Assembly: GCA_973895155.1 (NCBI GenBank)
Contig: OZ316898.1
Span: 15,964,330-16,028,329 of the forward strand
Reading direction: 5' to 3'
DNA: 64,000 nt
Source: Marsupella aquatica
Taxonomy: Eukaryota > Plantae > Marchantiophyta
Under the pieces are notes generated by a model. The model saw only the letters and a list, made by a program, of their open reading frames with translations. It ran no database searches and had not been told where the DNA came from. Position numbers and translations under genes: made by a program. Below are positions 62,901-64,000 of the stretch, in pieces; positions within the stretch are counted from its first letter, which is position 1, and every line of letters starts with the position of its first letter.

Positions 62901-64000
62901 ATAACAAGGGGTATGGGGTATGGGGTTTGGGTTTTCACTCCAAGCTCCATCTCCAAGAAAAGCTTTTGGATGGCCTCTACCTTTTTCCAACAAGATTGAG
63001 AAGTAGAAGGGCCCCATACTTGCACCCCATAAAGAATAACAGGCCTTACCAAGGAATTGAAGAGTTGTTTCTTCAACTTCCAAGTGGAAAGGCTTGCTCC
63101 CTTGCACTTCTGAACCATCAATGGAGCCAGAATAAAAAATGTTCCAGATGGCCCGCACTAGAAGAGCTGATCCTCCTCGCCCCTGCTCCGTGGCTGCAGA
63201 AAAATATTTGTAATCTGGTAAAATAGCACGTAGAGCAACATCAAGGCGAAATTGATCCGCCTTAACCTCCTGCAGAGCTAAAGCATCCAGTGGATACTTC
63301 AGCAATTTAACCCAATTTTTCATAACATGTTTCCTGTTTGGTTCACACAAACCACAAATGTTCCAAGATGCGAGGTGCAAAGGCGGAGACTGCATCTTGA
63401 AAGACTCACGCCTAGAGAACAAATAGTCGTATGAATTAGTGGGGGCCACGGGAGCAACCGAGGGCACTCACCGACCCAGCCTTTCCTTTTTTCCCTTTCT
63501 TGGCAGTCACCGGCGTGAATGCCCCATTAGCATCCATGTTGGAAGAAAGCTCCTGTACCGGGGAGGACGAGGATGAGGGGACAGATTTTTCTAGCACCTC
63601 TTTGGACAATTCAGTTGTATGCTGCAAATCTCCTTTGGCTCTCTTTGAAGAGGTTGCTTGATCCTACAAGGTGGGAGAATCTGAAGAAAAATGATTAGCC
63701 CGTAACTGTTTTATTTCCAGTTTGTTTTTGCCCTTTTTAAACGGAGGAGGTGTCCTGAGCTCCAGCTTCCTTGCCCGATCTTTCTTCATCTGGCTCTTGG
63801 TAATGAATTCTTCATATTCAGACATCTCAACATCAGAATCACCGTGATATGAAAATTGTTCGTTTTCTCCACTATTGGCCAGTGCATTGGAATTGGAGAC
63901 AATTGTATTTCCATTATCACTAGCCAGTTTCTCTGTCCTCTGCTGTTCAAGTGAAACTCCAACCTCAACAGTGTTGTCCTGCTTGATCTCAGGTGATGCA
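59986..64000 (-). mobile_element. L1/Tx1-like LINE (ORF1 tail, EN, RT; 3'-truncated, decayed)
   Basis: LASWNICGL, ALQEVK, STYAPN, WILCGDFN, SDHDPI, KAPGPDG, WRPLTMLN, KLDFEKAFD, GVRQGCPLSPLLF, FFADD, KYLG. Confidence 0.9.
62101..63110 (-). mobile_element. 5'-truncated RTEX-like LINE, second family, (TTTGAC)n tail
   Basis: ORF2 C-terminus homologous to the 41916-45119 protein (RYRLSSHHLEVEEGRW...CRLC...EYHVFIAC); inserted in the L1 endonuclease region. Confidence 0.9.

Overview
Eukaryotic, transposon-saturated plant DNA, probably from a non-seed land plant such as a liverwort (inferred from an At5g12260-like gene together with RTEX-type LINEs). There is one host gene, a two-exon type II membrane glycosyltransferase (23843-27206, minus strand). 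Nearly everything else is nested transposons. These are an intact-ORF Bianca-like Copia, a decayed Tork-like Copia, a MULE/SWIM remnant, two L1/Tx1-like LINEs, and a full-length intact RTEX-like LINE with 181-bp 5' monomers plus derivatives. There are also solo LTRs with 5-bp TSDs. Two observations stand out. (1) A Ty3/Gypsy pol carries a C5 cytosine DNA methyltransferase domain, with recognisable motifs I, II, IV, VI, VIII, IX and X, between protease and RT (57129-59985). (2) Two families of 4-5 kb TG...CA elements with 5-bp TSDs look like solo LTRs, yet each is mostly filled by one large ORF with NLS-like motifs and a coiled coil. All calls come from manual reading; no database searches were run.
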